A stretch of 63,988 nt of DNA from Hydrolagus affinis (taxonomy: Eukaryota). The notes under the pieces were generated by a model, which did not search any database, had not been told where the DNA came from, and saw only the letters and a list, made by a program, of their open reading frames with translations. Below, piece by piece: positions 52,276-63,851 of the stretch. A program made the translations under genes and the position numbers. Location of the stretch: NCBI GenBank assembly GCA_012026655.1, contig JAAILG010001629.1, forward strand, positions 1 through 63,988, written 5' to 3'. Every line of letters starts with the position of its first letter. The stretch's first letter is position 1.

Positions 52276-52351
52276 ATGGCTCACAGCTCCACAGCCTCTG
52301 GGGTGACAGTGACCTGCCTGTTATGGCTGATAACTGGTCCTCTAGTCCAGG
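52276..52351 (+). CDS. DLK1: DLK1 coding exon 1 (signal peptide)
   Basis: MAHSSTASGVTVTCLLWLITGPLVQG; donor G|gtaagt, phase 1; acceptor ccacag at 52242. Confidence 0.88.
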
Positions 52352-52380
52352 GTAAGTGCAAGCTTGAAACTCTCACCATC

Positions 52381-52668
52381 GTCTGTGTGTGTGTGTGTGT
52401 GGGTGGGGGTGGGGGTGTATGTGTGTGTGGGTGGGTGTATGTATGAGTGTATGCGAGTGTGTATGGTGTGTGTTTGTGTGTGTATGGTGTGTGTGTGTGT
52501 GCATATGTGTTAATATGTAGGTATGTGTGTGTGTATTGTGTGTGTGGATGTATATGGGTGGTGTATGTATGTGTGCGTTGTGTGTGTGTGGGTGTGCATG
52601 ATGTGTTTGTGTGTGTGTGTGGAGGAGTGTTTCTGTATGTATGTCTGTGTGTGTCTGTTGGGTGGGGG
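52381..52668. repeat. Degenerate TG-rich repeat
   Basis: Directly visible; explains the spurious HT- and VC-rich ORFs. Confidence 0.95.
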
Positions 52669-53209
52669 TCAAGGTCAGATAAGATTTGATAACTTCAAGG
52701 GCTGAACTTTTCGGTTTGTGCAACACAAACCCAATAGAATCCCTTCCTCAATAAAAAAAAGCACATCCCCACAATAAAACGACTGATTCCAACTCATGGG
52801 AAGTCAAACCATGGCTTATTATATACAGTAGAGTATATACTGGCGATATATAATGGTATATACCAGTATACTGGTATACTGATATGGGGAAATGTCTGCC
52901 GCGTATTATCAGTGCAGATTGATTCGGCTCATTTGCCTCTAATAACATTCACTCCGTTTGTAATGAAAGCAATATTTGAGAGAAATTCTTTTACTGTCTG
53001 GAAACTGGAAAGTGCTACGTAAACTGCAAATTGACCTCCCCGCTCCCCTCAAACCTCGAGTCCGTTGTAGAAAATAAAGGAAATAAAATGATGATGAGAT
53101 TGTCTGCACACTAGCAGAAATCGCTGCGACGAATATTTATCAAGGTAGAAGTCTTCGTGACTTCAACCAAAAGGGTTAATTTGTACATGTCTTTTTTCTG
53201 GGTCTTTAG

Positions 53210-53273
53210 GAGCTGATTGTAAACCTGGCTGTCACCCACTGCATGGATTCTGCCAGGATCATGGGGAATGCAG
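53210..53273 (+). CDS. DLK1: DLK1 coding exon 2 (64 nt, EGF1)
   Basis: ctttag|GAGCT...CAG|gtata; ADCKPGCHPLHGFCQDHGECR. Confidence 0.93.
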
Positions 53274-53278
53274 GTATA

Positions 53279-53292
53279 TTTTCACCCCACAA

Positions 53293-53323
<31 letters not shown>

Positions 53324-53423
53324 GTCAATTCACTTTACAGTATATTCCGTGAAGCACTTTGAGACGTCTAAGAAGACGTGAAAAGGCGCTATATCAAATG
53401 CAAGAATTATTATTATATTATTA
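53279..53423 (+). mobile_element. SINE 3' fragment with an internal (TA)n expansion
   Basis: cccacaaa(ta)n-gtcaattcactttacag followed by the tail. Confidence 0.88.
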
Positions 53424-53845
53424 TAAACTCAACGCATATCATCGTATTAAAAAAGAAACTAACATATATTCGCAGTGAAACACTTCTGCTTATCCAGTAT
53501 TTACTGATAAATACAAGATTACAGTATGTATGTTAACCCCTCCCTCCTGGGACCAAAAATAAACTAGTAGTAAAAAAGGGCACTATTGTGGAAACGTTTT
53601 TTTTTTGTATTAAGAGATCCGAAACGCTTCAACACCACAAACCACTGACGTTTATTCTTCAGGCAGGATAGTATCTTGAAGCAATTGAAGTTCAAACTAT
53701 CCTGTTCCATTATCCAATCCTTTCCCTTTTGCGTCATGGATGTAATTGGCGAGAGTTAATTCGAAAGTTACCTCCTTAGTTGGGCGATCTATATCTCGTT
53801 GTATCTTGGCTGGAATCCGCTAACTGACTCGTTTTGTTGTTCTAG

Positions 53846-53976
53846 GTGTCAGTCTGGCTGGCAGGGACAATTGTGTGATCAGTGCTCTCCCATTCCTGGC
53901 TGTACACATGGGAGTTGCACAAAGCCTTGGGAGTGCTTTTGTGAAGAGGGTTGGTCAGGTAACCTCTGTGACAAAG
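53846..53976 (+). CDS. DLK1: DLK1 coding exon 3 (131 nt, EGF1-2, DOS region)
   Basis: ttctag|GTGTC...AAAG|gtctg; [43 protein letters not shown]. Confidence 0.95.
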
Positions 53977-53998
53977 GTCTGTTCAATCATATAATGTC

Positions 53999-54028
53999 TC
54001 ACACACACACACACACACACACAGACAC
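53999..54028. repeat. (CA)n microsatellite
   Basis: Directly visible. Confidence 0.95.
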
Positions 54029-55423
54029 GTAAATGCAAAATTAGAAAACTTTTCAATATGCTAAGCATAAAATGATGCTGCAGCTAACTGGAATAAATTA
54101 TACATAATGCAATGTCATGATTCATATTTAATCAGATAGTAAGAGTTTGGAAATTATTTGTAATTGATTGATTTAATTGATAAACTTGGCTGTAAGCTCG
54201 CAACTTGTTGATTTGATATTGGTTTGAGTTTCTGTATATTATTCGTGTACTAATGTACCAAAGTTAGTTTCTCAGATCCAGTTTCCTAGATTTTCTTGTT
54301 GTTGTTGTCTAATGCATTAGATCATATTCATTGGGTCCCTTATACGGCAATTTATATTTGAAATCCTAATTTAAGAAGTAAAGCAAACTATATCTGAGGT
54401 TATATATTCAATACTAATAAGTGTATCTAAATTACATTATCCATTCAATCAGTGGAGAGCAGGAAAATAGGAAAATTATACCCTTTTAATTAGCAGTTAT
54501 TTGGATGGCATCAATCTCTGTTGTCACTGAATGTCATTCAGCACCTTGGGACATTCTCCCAACATGAAAGGCGCCACACAAATGTAATTTTGTTGTCATT
54601 TGCATATATATTTCAGCATAAAATATCTGCTGCAACATTTGAATTAGTGTGAATATATTAACACAGGAAGCAGGATAAAATCCCCTGGGTGTTTTTTTTG
54701 GGGAATAATTGCAATGTTTTTATTTGTTGCTTAAAGAAGAAAACTGTTTTGCTACAGGTTTATCCTGGAACGTTTGCGAAGCGGACATCTGGAAGCTTAC
54801 AAAAATTAGACAATGAGATTGCAAATGTACAATAATCAGTGGCTGGCAGTGAAGTACAAAACAGCAACATAATTGAAGTATTCAAACACTGCCCTAAAAT
54901 ATGGGTATGTCCCTCAAAGCACTCACATTATCTTTTGAACCCAGAGGATACTGTGATTGTTCAATTTAGTCAATATCAATTTTGGTTTAATGTAGTAGAA
55001 TTATGCTTTTCAAAGTTCCACCTCCTCCTGAAAGGTTAGAGAGGCAAGATCGTATTACATGACATGTTATAATGACTGTCCCCACCCCCCCAAAGTATTT
55101 TATTTTGAAATTATTGATTTTATATTTGAGTAATGCTTAATTGGGGCGTTTAAACAGTACAGTGAGAGTTGTAGAGTATGTCCAAAAACACACCCTCCTC
55201 TTTAGCTGCACAACATAGTATACTACTGTATCTCTATAATCTCAAGCATATAGAAATGCTGATACAAGATAGGATGTGTGCATTTAAAATAATGCATTAT
55301 TGGTACTTGGATGTTTTGCCTCTTACACAAAGTCAATTGCATTAAATCAGTATTAAGTTAACATTTAATATATATATATATATGGAACTGTGTTAAATTA
55401 ACTCTACATTATTTTCATTGCAG

Positions 55424-55568
55424 CTCCCCATGCCTGTTCCTCAGAACACCCATGTGCTAACAATTCAACATGTATAGAGAGTGAAGGCGGTGGCTACAAG
55501 TGTATCTGTGGAGTGGAGTTTATGGGGAATCACTGTCAGCTCAGGAAAGAACCTTGCCAAACAAATAG
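55424..55568 (+). CDS. DLK1: DLK1 coding exon 4 (145 nt, EGF3)
   Basis: ttgcag|CTCCC...ATAG|gtaaa; PHACSSEHPCANNSTCIESEGGGYKCICGVEFMGNHCQLRKEPCQTN. Confidence 0.94.
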
Positions 55569-55839
55569 GTAAAAGATGCATGTGATCAGTATTTAACCCA
55601 TGGTGTACTCAACATTGCCTGGATATGTATGGTATTAATATATTGACGCCGCTTTAAAATGACATTACAAATGACCAGGAACAATCCTTAATAAATATTG
55701 AATTTAATCATAATACTGTATAATAACAATAACCCCACCCTCCCAAAATACGTGGTTAAAGTTCGGAAAACAGCCGTGCCTACACAACACACAGCATCAG
55801 AATTCCTTTAAGGCAGGTGATCTTAAAACAATAATACTG

Positions 55840-56000
55840 TAATAATAATCCTTGTGTTTGGTATAGCGAGTGCTTGGTCACATGTGAAGGACATCTCAAA
55901 GTGCTTCACAGGATTTAATGTGAAAGGGGTGACTGGGTACTTGTAGGCCAACACGGTAGCACAGTTACACACATAGCAATGCCCCACAAACAACCATGAA
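55840..56000 (-). mobile_element. Diverged Deu-type SINE 3' half
   Basis: aataataatccttg...ctcaaagtgcttcacag...gcaatgccccacaaac. Confidence 0.7.
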
Positions 56001-56074
56001 ACAAACGCTCAATTTTTTTTAATGAAAGGTGACTATACTGTTTGCATCAACATAATTATCCTATTTGGTTGCAG

Positions 56075-56831
56075 GTCACTGTGTCAGAATGGAGGAAGCT
56101 GCGTAGACGATAATGGATTGGGGTCCCAGGCTTCCTGCCTGTGCTTGAAGGGTTTTACTGGGGCACTGTGTGAGACCAACATCAGTGACTGTGACTCCGA
56201 TCCATGTGCGAACAATGGGACTTGCAAAGACTTAGTTTCTGGCTCCAGCTGTGTCTGTCCCCATGGTTTTACTGGCAGATCTTGCGAATACCTAATCAGG
56301 TCCTGCCTTAGTCACCCATGTAAGAATGGAGGCACTTGCCACGATCTTCCCGAGGGAGGTTTTGATTGCGCCTGCTTGCCCGGATACGAAGCAGAAACCT
56401 GTCATGAGCTTACCTCTTCTGCACACGATGCAAAGCGAAACATATCCAAGCACGTGAGAGTAAGTTGGGTCAGACATGGCAGGCTTTTCCATCCGCCGCC
56501 GCATGCCTTTCACAAGCCCACCCACCATCAAGGCAAGGAGATGCTGAAGATCACAGTCAAAGAAACCATCCACACGTCGGATTCCCTGCTCAACAGAAGT
56601 CAAGTCGCCTGCTTTGTCATGCTGGGACTGCTGACCTGTCTGGTGATCCTGGGCACGACACTGATCATCTTTTTCTCCAAGTGTAAAATGTGGATGGCAA
56701 ACGCGAAATATCGCCAGCTCCTGCAGAAACAGAAAAATCACTTTCTGAACGACGAAGGGACTTCGGTCAAAATCATATTCCCAGACATGACTAAATTGAC
56801 AAACTACAGGAAGAGTTATACCTCGATGTGA
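56075..56831 (+). CDS. DLK1: DLK1 last coding exon (EGF4-6, juxtamembrane, TM, cytoplasmic tail)
   Basis: Three EGF repeats, MLKITVKE, TM VACFVMLGLLTCLVILGTTLIIFF, KIIFP. Spliced CDS is 1173 nt (390 aa) with six EGFs and no DSL domain. Position next to BEGAIN favours DLK1 over DLK2. Confidence 0.95.
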
Positions 56832-57035
56832 ATTTTGTTTCTCCTATCCATTGTAAACAAAGTATATATCTTTATTTGTACGCATTGTTTTAGAAGTGTT
56901 TTTATAACGGCTTACAGCAAATTGTCAAGCATTTTGTGGATAACTTGCTGTGCTTAAATGTTTTTGAGATTCATCATAAAATCCGTATCTAGTGAACGCT
57001 TCTTGCACAGCTCAAACTCCAGTTTGTAGGATAAC

Positions 57036-57096
57036 ACAACAACAAAATTACATGTATAGTGCGCCTTTCACGTCGGGAGGACGTCCCAAGGCGCTG
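57036..57096 (-). mobile_element. L2 terminal fragment
   Basis: gcgcctttcacgtcgggaggacgtcccaaggcgctg. Confidence 0.85.
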
Positions 57097-57196
57097 TGTT
57101 AAGGACATGTTAAGAAAGAGGAAGATCGATGAGGTCTTGTAATTCCCAAAGTTTAGTAGAGATGGATAATATTAATGCAATCTACCAAATAAATCA

Positions 57197-57580
57197 GGAG
57201 ATCCCTGGCCTATGTTTGGAGCACTTACCCCGCAAGCAAGAGGACCCGGGTTCGATTCCCAGGTGGGGTGAAAACTCATGGAAGTTTCCTTACTGCACAC
57301 GTTCATGTTTACTTAGCAGAAAGCAGGAACTTGGTTGTTAGACGATTGGTGGATAATAACCGGGGGATAATAATCGCTAAAAAAAAAAGTAACAAAAATT
57401 TATTTGGTCACTCAATCTATAACTGCTTGTGGGATATTGCTATGTGCAATTGGCTGACGCTTTTTGTCCACAAAATACACAATCAGTTAACTTTACAGTG
57501 TATTCTGTGAAGCGCTTTCAGATGTCTCAATGACATGATACGGCACTGTATGAAATACAAGAAGTATTAGTATTATAATT
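57197..57580 (+). mobile_element. Diverged, longer SINE copy
   Basis: B box GGTTCGATTCCC, aagtttccttact, an extra ~60 bp, then body and tail. Confidence 0.85.
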
Positions 57581-58070
57581 TTTATTACTACACTGTAACT
57601 TAGGTATATTGTTCTATTTAAGAATTTGAAGTCATAATGTATTCAATCTATTTATTTAATTGTGTTAAAGAAAGAGGAAATGGACATCAACTGGGCAAAA
57701 GGATTTTGCAACATTTGTCTGCTTTTATTTTCTCATGTATTTATATAACTGATGCTTTGCTTTATGTTTTGGCAACATTCTAACATCATCATATTTTGTA
57801 AAATATTTAATGTAAAGACAGAATTAATTTTAAGAAGCTTTTGAGCAAATACATATTTATCAACGAGTGTCTTACAGCGTGTCCCTCTGATAAATTCTAA
57901 GCATTGAGTAAAGAGTGCAATACAATCAATCCATTCACTGGCCAAGCTGCTTATTTAGTTTATTACTTAGTATGTGTGCAGTCAGTGGCAGATTAACCTC
58001 TACAGTCTCTACATGTTTGAATCCCAAGTTATTTCTCATAAGCAGCTATTGTATTAAGTGTCTTAAGTGA

Positions 58071-58076
58071 AATAAA
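58071..58076 (+). terminator. Candidate DLK1 polyadenylation signal (alternative at 57188-57193)
   Basis: AATAAA followed by GT-rich sequence at the end of an AU-rich stretch. Confidence 0.45.
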
Positions 58077-59899
58077 TTGTGTGTGCCATTTGCGTTGCAA
58101 AACGTTCCCTTAAGAATATATTCAATCAATTCTGAACATTAGGATTTATTTTAATATTGGAGCCTTATATGTTGGAAGTCTGTGTAGATTGTAACAAATA
58201 TTGTTTTATTATAGATACAGTATATAATATAATGGCTTGCAGTACTTAGTATTTTTAAACTTTAACTGAATTCAGACCACACTTGACTAAACTCACTTTA
58301 CCTTTGGTAGGTACGATTGTTATAGAATACTGTTTGCTTGATGGACAAGCCTTTGTATCGAGATCATCTTGAATATTGCAAGCTAAACGTTTGACTAAGA
58401 ATGCAGACATGTTTGCTCTCAGTACAAGTGACAAAATCCCTATATTATCAATAAATGGGCTCAAAAAGAATCCCCTGCACCTTCCTATGAGTGTGAGTGC
58501 TGTCCCAAACTATTTTAAGATATGCCAAGGAAGCAAGACATGCAGGCACAGGTTCAATGTTGTGAAGGATCATTTTAGGACACACACCAATCCGATTTTT
58601 TTTACACACCGCAACTCCAACAGTAAGTCAGAAGGGAGGTGGAAGCTAGGTCACTAGATTCACTTATCCAATTACCTCCTTTGTGATCTTATGAATAGGG
58701 TCTTTGTTATTTTCCTGCTGTGACTTTAACCTTCGACCTGTTTTGTTAGTGGAATACTTAGCCCAAATCAAGCTAAGAATTTTTTTTGGGTGGGGTCGGC
58801 CGGGTGTCTGACACATGCGGAAACCGACCATTGAAGCTAAGATCCACTTGACATTCCTATGCACTGTTTAAATCTCCGTGTTTCCCAGAGCAATTAAGCG
58901 GTCTGGTGACTGAAGGAGCCTTTCAATAATGAGAATATTATTTCGATGAAATATTTAATATGTGTGTGTTAGATTTAAGTTGGAATATATTGGAGATTAA
59001 TGTATTTCTATCCAACAAGCAGCCTCACTTCTGCTTCACCTGAGATTACCCATATCTGTCTACGTCAGCTGTAGAAGCTGGGAACTTCTTACTCAGTTTA
59101 CCCAATCAAAGAAGAGTTTATTCCTCCCATATGTGATTACACATTATTTGAGATTTTGAAGCTTTCTCTCAGCATTGCAGCAATTACTTATTAATAACCA
59201 TATATAAATCGTCTTTATATTTCATTTTGGTTCTCGTTAAACTTAAAGAATATTTATTATTCTGTTTACGCATCAAGTTAGTTAGAATAAATTGATCGGG
59301 TGGCTTTCAATCACATAATGACCTCGGCTATTTTGAGGAGATGGAGTGTATGAGAAAGGATAACATAAATTGAAGGAAAGATTAGCCCTGAGGCTACTGG
59401 TCTATCCAGGGAATCTCTTGCCTCCCTGGACCAGTCAATGTTGCTTAAATTTCACCTCGTGCCGTTCAATACCAAAACAAACATTAATATTACAATAATA
59501 AAGCTTTGTACGAGACTGGAGCTGCTAATTTACAGAAATTTTAACCTGCGTAGTTTGTCAATATAGATGCAGCACCCAGTCGAGTAAGCTTTTCTGCAGC
59601 ATGACAAGTGTATAATTAGTTTATATATATGCAAGTCTGCCTTGTCACGGGTGATTAATTTTACAAGCTTGCAGCTCCCAGTAACCATGGTGATGGCTGG
59701 CACAAAGACTATCTTTAATTTGCAAAATTCTAGCGCAAATCTTCATTCTTTCACAAAGGCACTTAGAGGTAAATCTTTTTTTTTCAGTGAACCTCCTGTT
59801 ACAGAAAAGAGTGTGTGTGTGTGTCTGTATCAGATCTCTTCAGCTTGGTAACACTCCAAAACAGTCAAAATGACACAAAAGCTGCAAATAACGGATACA

Positions 59900-60085
59900 T
59901 GGCTCTCGCTTCTGAGGTCAAACCCAACATCAGGACTTTGAGCTCTGGCTGACAGAGCAGGACTAGGTGGGTGGGGGCTGCTGTCTGTCATGATGAGACA
60001 TTAAACCCAGGCCCCGTCTATCTATAACGGTGGACATTAAAGATCCCAGTTCACCATTCGAATCGAGAAGGCAGTTTCTCTCATA
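59900..60085 (+). mobile_element. Older Deu-SINE relic
   Basis: ctctcgcttctgaggtca...gatgagacattaaacccaggccccgtct...gtggacattaaagatccca. Confidence 0.6.
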
Positions 60086-60361
60086 AGTCACGTTAAATGT
60101 TATGGTCCCAACCGATAGGACTTATGTGAATTTTACTGTACACTGCCACCCAGAGGTGCACTTATGTTACCTCAGAAGAACTGTACCCAATGGATTTGTT
60201 AGTGGTACTATAGTTTGACACAGATTTTGGAGGGAGATTTTTGCTCGCCCATCACTGACAGTGATGTTAAGAAAGAAAAATAACAAGGAAAAGTGTCGAA
60301 CAGAGAAAACCTAGGAATTATCCATGCTTCGTTGGAAAATGACAGATACAGAAGAAGACAG

Positions 60362-60513
60362 TGATGATAATAATAATCTTTGCATTTGATATAGTGCCTT
60401 ATCACGTCTCCGCGGCATCGCAAAGCGCTTCACAGAATATCCTGTCAAGTAAATTGACAGTCCATTTCATGGGCGAAACACGATGTATATCAAACGCAAG
60501 GATGATTATTATT
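60362..60513 (-). mobile_element. SINE 3' fragment with a second, inverted tail
   Basis: Minus-strand tail and body, then plus-strand tatatcaaacgcaaggatgattattattat. Confidence 0.8.
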
Positions 60514-61614
60514 ATGTTGCTAACATAACATTGAAAACAAAAATAAAGGCAAGTTCTGCCAGGGCAAACTGATGCCCTTTCTGCTGTGTTCAATGAGCAC
60601 AAAAGCAATAAGAAGCTGAGAGATCGTACAGTGAAAAGCAATGAAGATAAGAATCTTAAAGACCACATTCAGTCTAGAGACAGGGTGTATCCACTACAGA
60701 AATGGTATTAACAGTGATTTAGGGACGTTTTCCTTTGTACGACAAGCCTTTTGGGTTGAGGGTAGGCTGACACCTGGTGACTGAACCAAGGCATTGCTTT
60801 TTTCTACACACACTGTTACATTCGAATTCTAAAAGAATACAGAAACAAGCATTGATCAAGTGACAAAGGCACTCAGAGAAAAGGATAAAAGATACTCAGA
60901 GAAAGTCACTGCAAACTAGCAGAGCATCAATCTCAAATTGCATTATTGACAATTGCTTGTTTTGTGTAAAACAAGCAATCTTCTGGAACTCCAAACTAAT
61001 GAAAATTGCAAATTGGAATCAATATGATTGACGGTTCAGTTGGTAAAATGCACTTTCCTTTCTCTGATCTGAGCCCCACAGAACTGGAACAGTTCCTGGT
61101 TGGATGCTGAGTAGCTGATCTCAAACGAGTCAAGTGCTAAAGTGCCGAGCAGTCAGCAATGTTGAAATTCCTAATCTCTCATCTCGAGTTGCTCTCAGCC
61201 GCAGTTGCTCTCAGTTTTTCTGACTGCCATACAATTCACATTTTTTTGTGTGCTGCCGCTGGTAGAGGCTGTGTACCATTCACCTCAGCACACTTGCAAT
61301 GTGGAGAGAGAAAAAACACTGATACTATTGACTGTTATCCACTGACTGTTAACCACATGTGGATGTCGGCTGAGGACTGTGAGTCTCTTTGCATTCAACA
61401 GCCAGCCTAATGTTTGAGACCTCCTCCTGACGTGAATGATGCTAGATGAATGTAAGTTGCCGCTGTTGTCTATTCATTTCAACTTTCTTTAGGAAAGAAG
61501 ATCCTCAAAGCGGATTATACAATGGTAACGAAATACGCATTGTCACAATATGATATTAAATCCTCTACATGGGGGAATGGTGGGTGGGGGGGCGGGGGAG
61601 CAAAATAATATAAA

Positions 61615-61800
61615 AGCTATACGCTCACCCATCGAGTTGTTCAAATCTGGAATGCATTGTCTGAAAAGGTGGTGGAGGCCGATTCGATAACAACTTTCAA
61701 AAGAGAGGTAGACGTTTATTTTGGCATGACGGGTTTGCAAAGAGCCGGCACAGACTCGATGGGCCGAATGGCCTCCTTTTGTGCCGTAAGATTCTATGAA
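61615..61800 (+). mobile_element. CR1 LINE 3' end
   Basis: gagttgttcaaatctggaatgcattg...gatgggccgaatggcctccttttgtgccgtaagattctatga. Confidence 0.85.
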
Positions 61801-62515
61801 GCATTGTTTTTGTTCCTCTCCGTTTGCTACAGATGTAAATGAGCTCTTGTGTGGAAACCAGCAATCATCTGTTAATAACACGTTATTATCACAATGTCTC
61901 AGTGCAGTAAATGGCAAGTCAACACACACAGGTTAAACGGCACAAATTCAATGAGAACAAAAGCTGTTTGAATGGCTCTGACTCAAAGGGGCAAAAAAAG
62001 TCAACATGAAATCATCATGCAGCAGTCAGCAGAGCAAGAAAAATATCGCTGTATGTAATCTTTTGGAAACGCAGTAGGAATCCTGATGTTATTCATTGCT
62101 CAAACCATCAATTTTACAGGTATACGTAGACACAAATGTCTTTGTTAATCTGGATTCCCCAAAACGTCATTTACATAATGTATGCAATGTTTTATATAGA
62201 ATTTGCTGCTTCTCTTGTAAAACTCATAAGATCACAAACTTTGTCGGAACTAACAAATGATATACTATAACTCAAACCAGATTGAGGACTTTTTTTAAAC
62301 AAAAATTTCAACTTGGATACAGTTTCTCAAGATAATTAGGATTAGGAACAACATGTTCTGGATGTTCTTGATGTAATGTTTCTGACTTTTAAAACTCTTT
62401 GGACAGAATTAGATTTGTGAGTCTTAGCAATGATTCAAGTAAGCAAATTGATTAACAGTGTGGTCTTAGTGGTGGAACCACACCAAAAAGGGAGCTAGGC
62501 ATTACATATATTAAA

Positions 62516-62630
62516 ATAATAATACAATAATCCTTGCATTTGATATAGCGCCTTATCACGTCATTGAGATATCTCAAAACGCTTAGCAGAATATACTGCA
62601 ACGTGAATTGACTGTATATTTTTTGGCCGA
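62516..62630 (-). mobile_element. SINE 3' fragment
   Basis: Tail match. Confidence 0.85.
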
Positions 62631-63851
62631 CTAAAATAGATTGCTTGGTTATTAAAATTCTGCCCAAGTGTTAAGTCAGTTGTGTACTAGACCAGATGAT
62701 TTCCAGCAGAACTCATTGAAAGTTATCCCGTGAGGTTATAACACAGTTATATGTCAGCCTATTCATGTCTAACTTAATAGGCTGAAAGCATACAGTTCAG
62801 TGGTGAATTCCATTCACTCTCCAGGCCTGCTAGAGAGTAAATACTAAGTCACTTATCAACGATGATACATATTTCTTTTTATCCTGGTTATAAATCCCAT
62901 AAAAATTAATTGGGCATTCACATCATGCCTTCTGCATAAATTGCTATTGCATTTGCCTACAAAAAAGCTATTGCCCTTGACAGAAACTGTTTGTAAATCA
63001 GTTGGAAATGTTTCAACTTAAAAAGGTGCTACAATGTTCTCTTTCTGTCTGTCCAATTCCTAAGCCAACACTATGGGTATTCCTTGACCTGTGGCTCATG
63101 TATTTTTATTCTTTGTCCTATGGATCATATATTTGGTGAAGAATTGCAAGATACCAACGCTCTAACAATTGCATCCTGCCCAAGTCTCTGTTCTGTGAAC
63201 TTTCTTCAGAGGCATATCGTTTGTTAAGATGAAGCTCTCAAGCGATAAAGCTGTTTTTTGTATTCAAATATTACAGAACTGATTCCCATTCACAGTGAAC
63301 CACTTGAGCTTGTAGTTATTTGAAAGGTACCCAAATCTTATGGTCATATCTGATCACCCTTCAGATTCAGTGTAAAACCTTGCCATTGAAGTCCAAAGAG
63401 TTTATCAAACTTCCAATAAACGACGCCGCGGTATATCTAAATATTTTCAACAGCAAAAAATCTGAACTAACAACAAGTTACATTTGTAGAGAACGTTTCA
63501 CGATGGTAGGACGTCCCAAGGGGCTGGATAGTTAGGGATTTGGAATGAACTAAAACCAGCAGCATGTTTTACAATGTGAAGATTCTGGTCATGGTCCAAA
63601 GTAAAAGTTTGGCAACATCGAATCTTGTCTATCGCAAAATGTGTCACAGGCACTGAGAAAAATATATGTACTTTGTCGATTTAATCCATCCACATTCATG
63701 TAACGTCAGTTATTGCACGTGGAATAGATGCGTTGATATGTGTGTGTGTGTGTGTTGCCAAGGTAGTCATCTTCACCTCGCCCAAACCCACCAGCTGACT
63801 GCTATGTTACACAGCTGTGGACATCTGACTTAATGCAGCTCAATGGGATAG

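Noticed and set aside
52373-52726. His/Thr- and Val/Cys-rich ORFs
   Set aside because: Artefacts of the TG repeat.
56292-56741. 149-aa antisense ORF in DLK1
   Set aside because: Shadow ORF with no independent evidence.
52276-56831. DLK2 or a Delta/Notch gene
   Set aside because: No DSL domain; the first EGF, the TM sequence and the BEGAIN/WDR25 neighbours fit DLK1.
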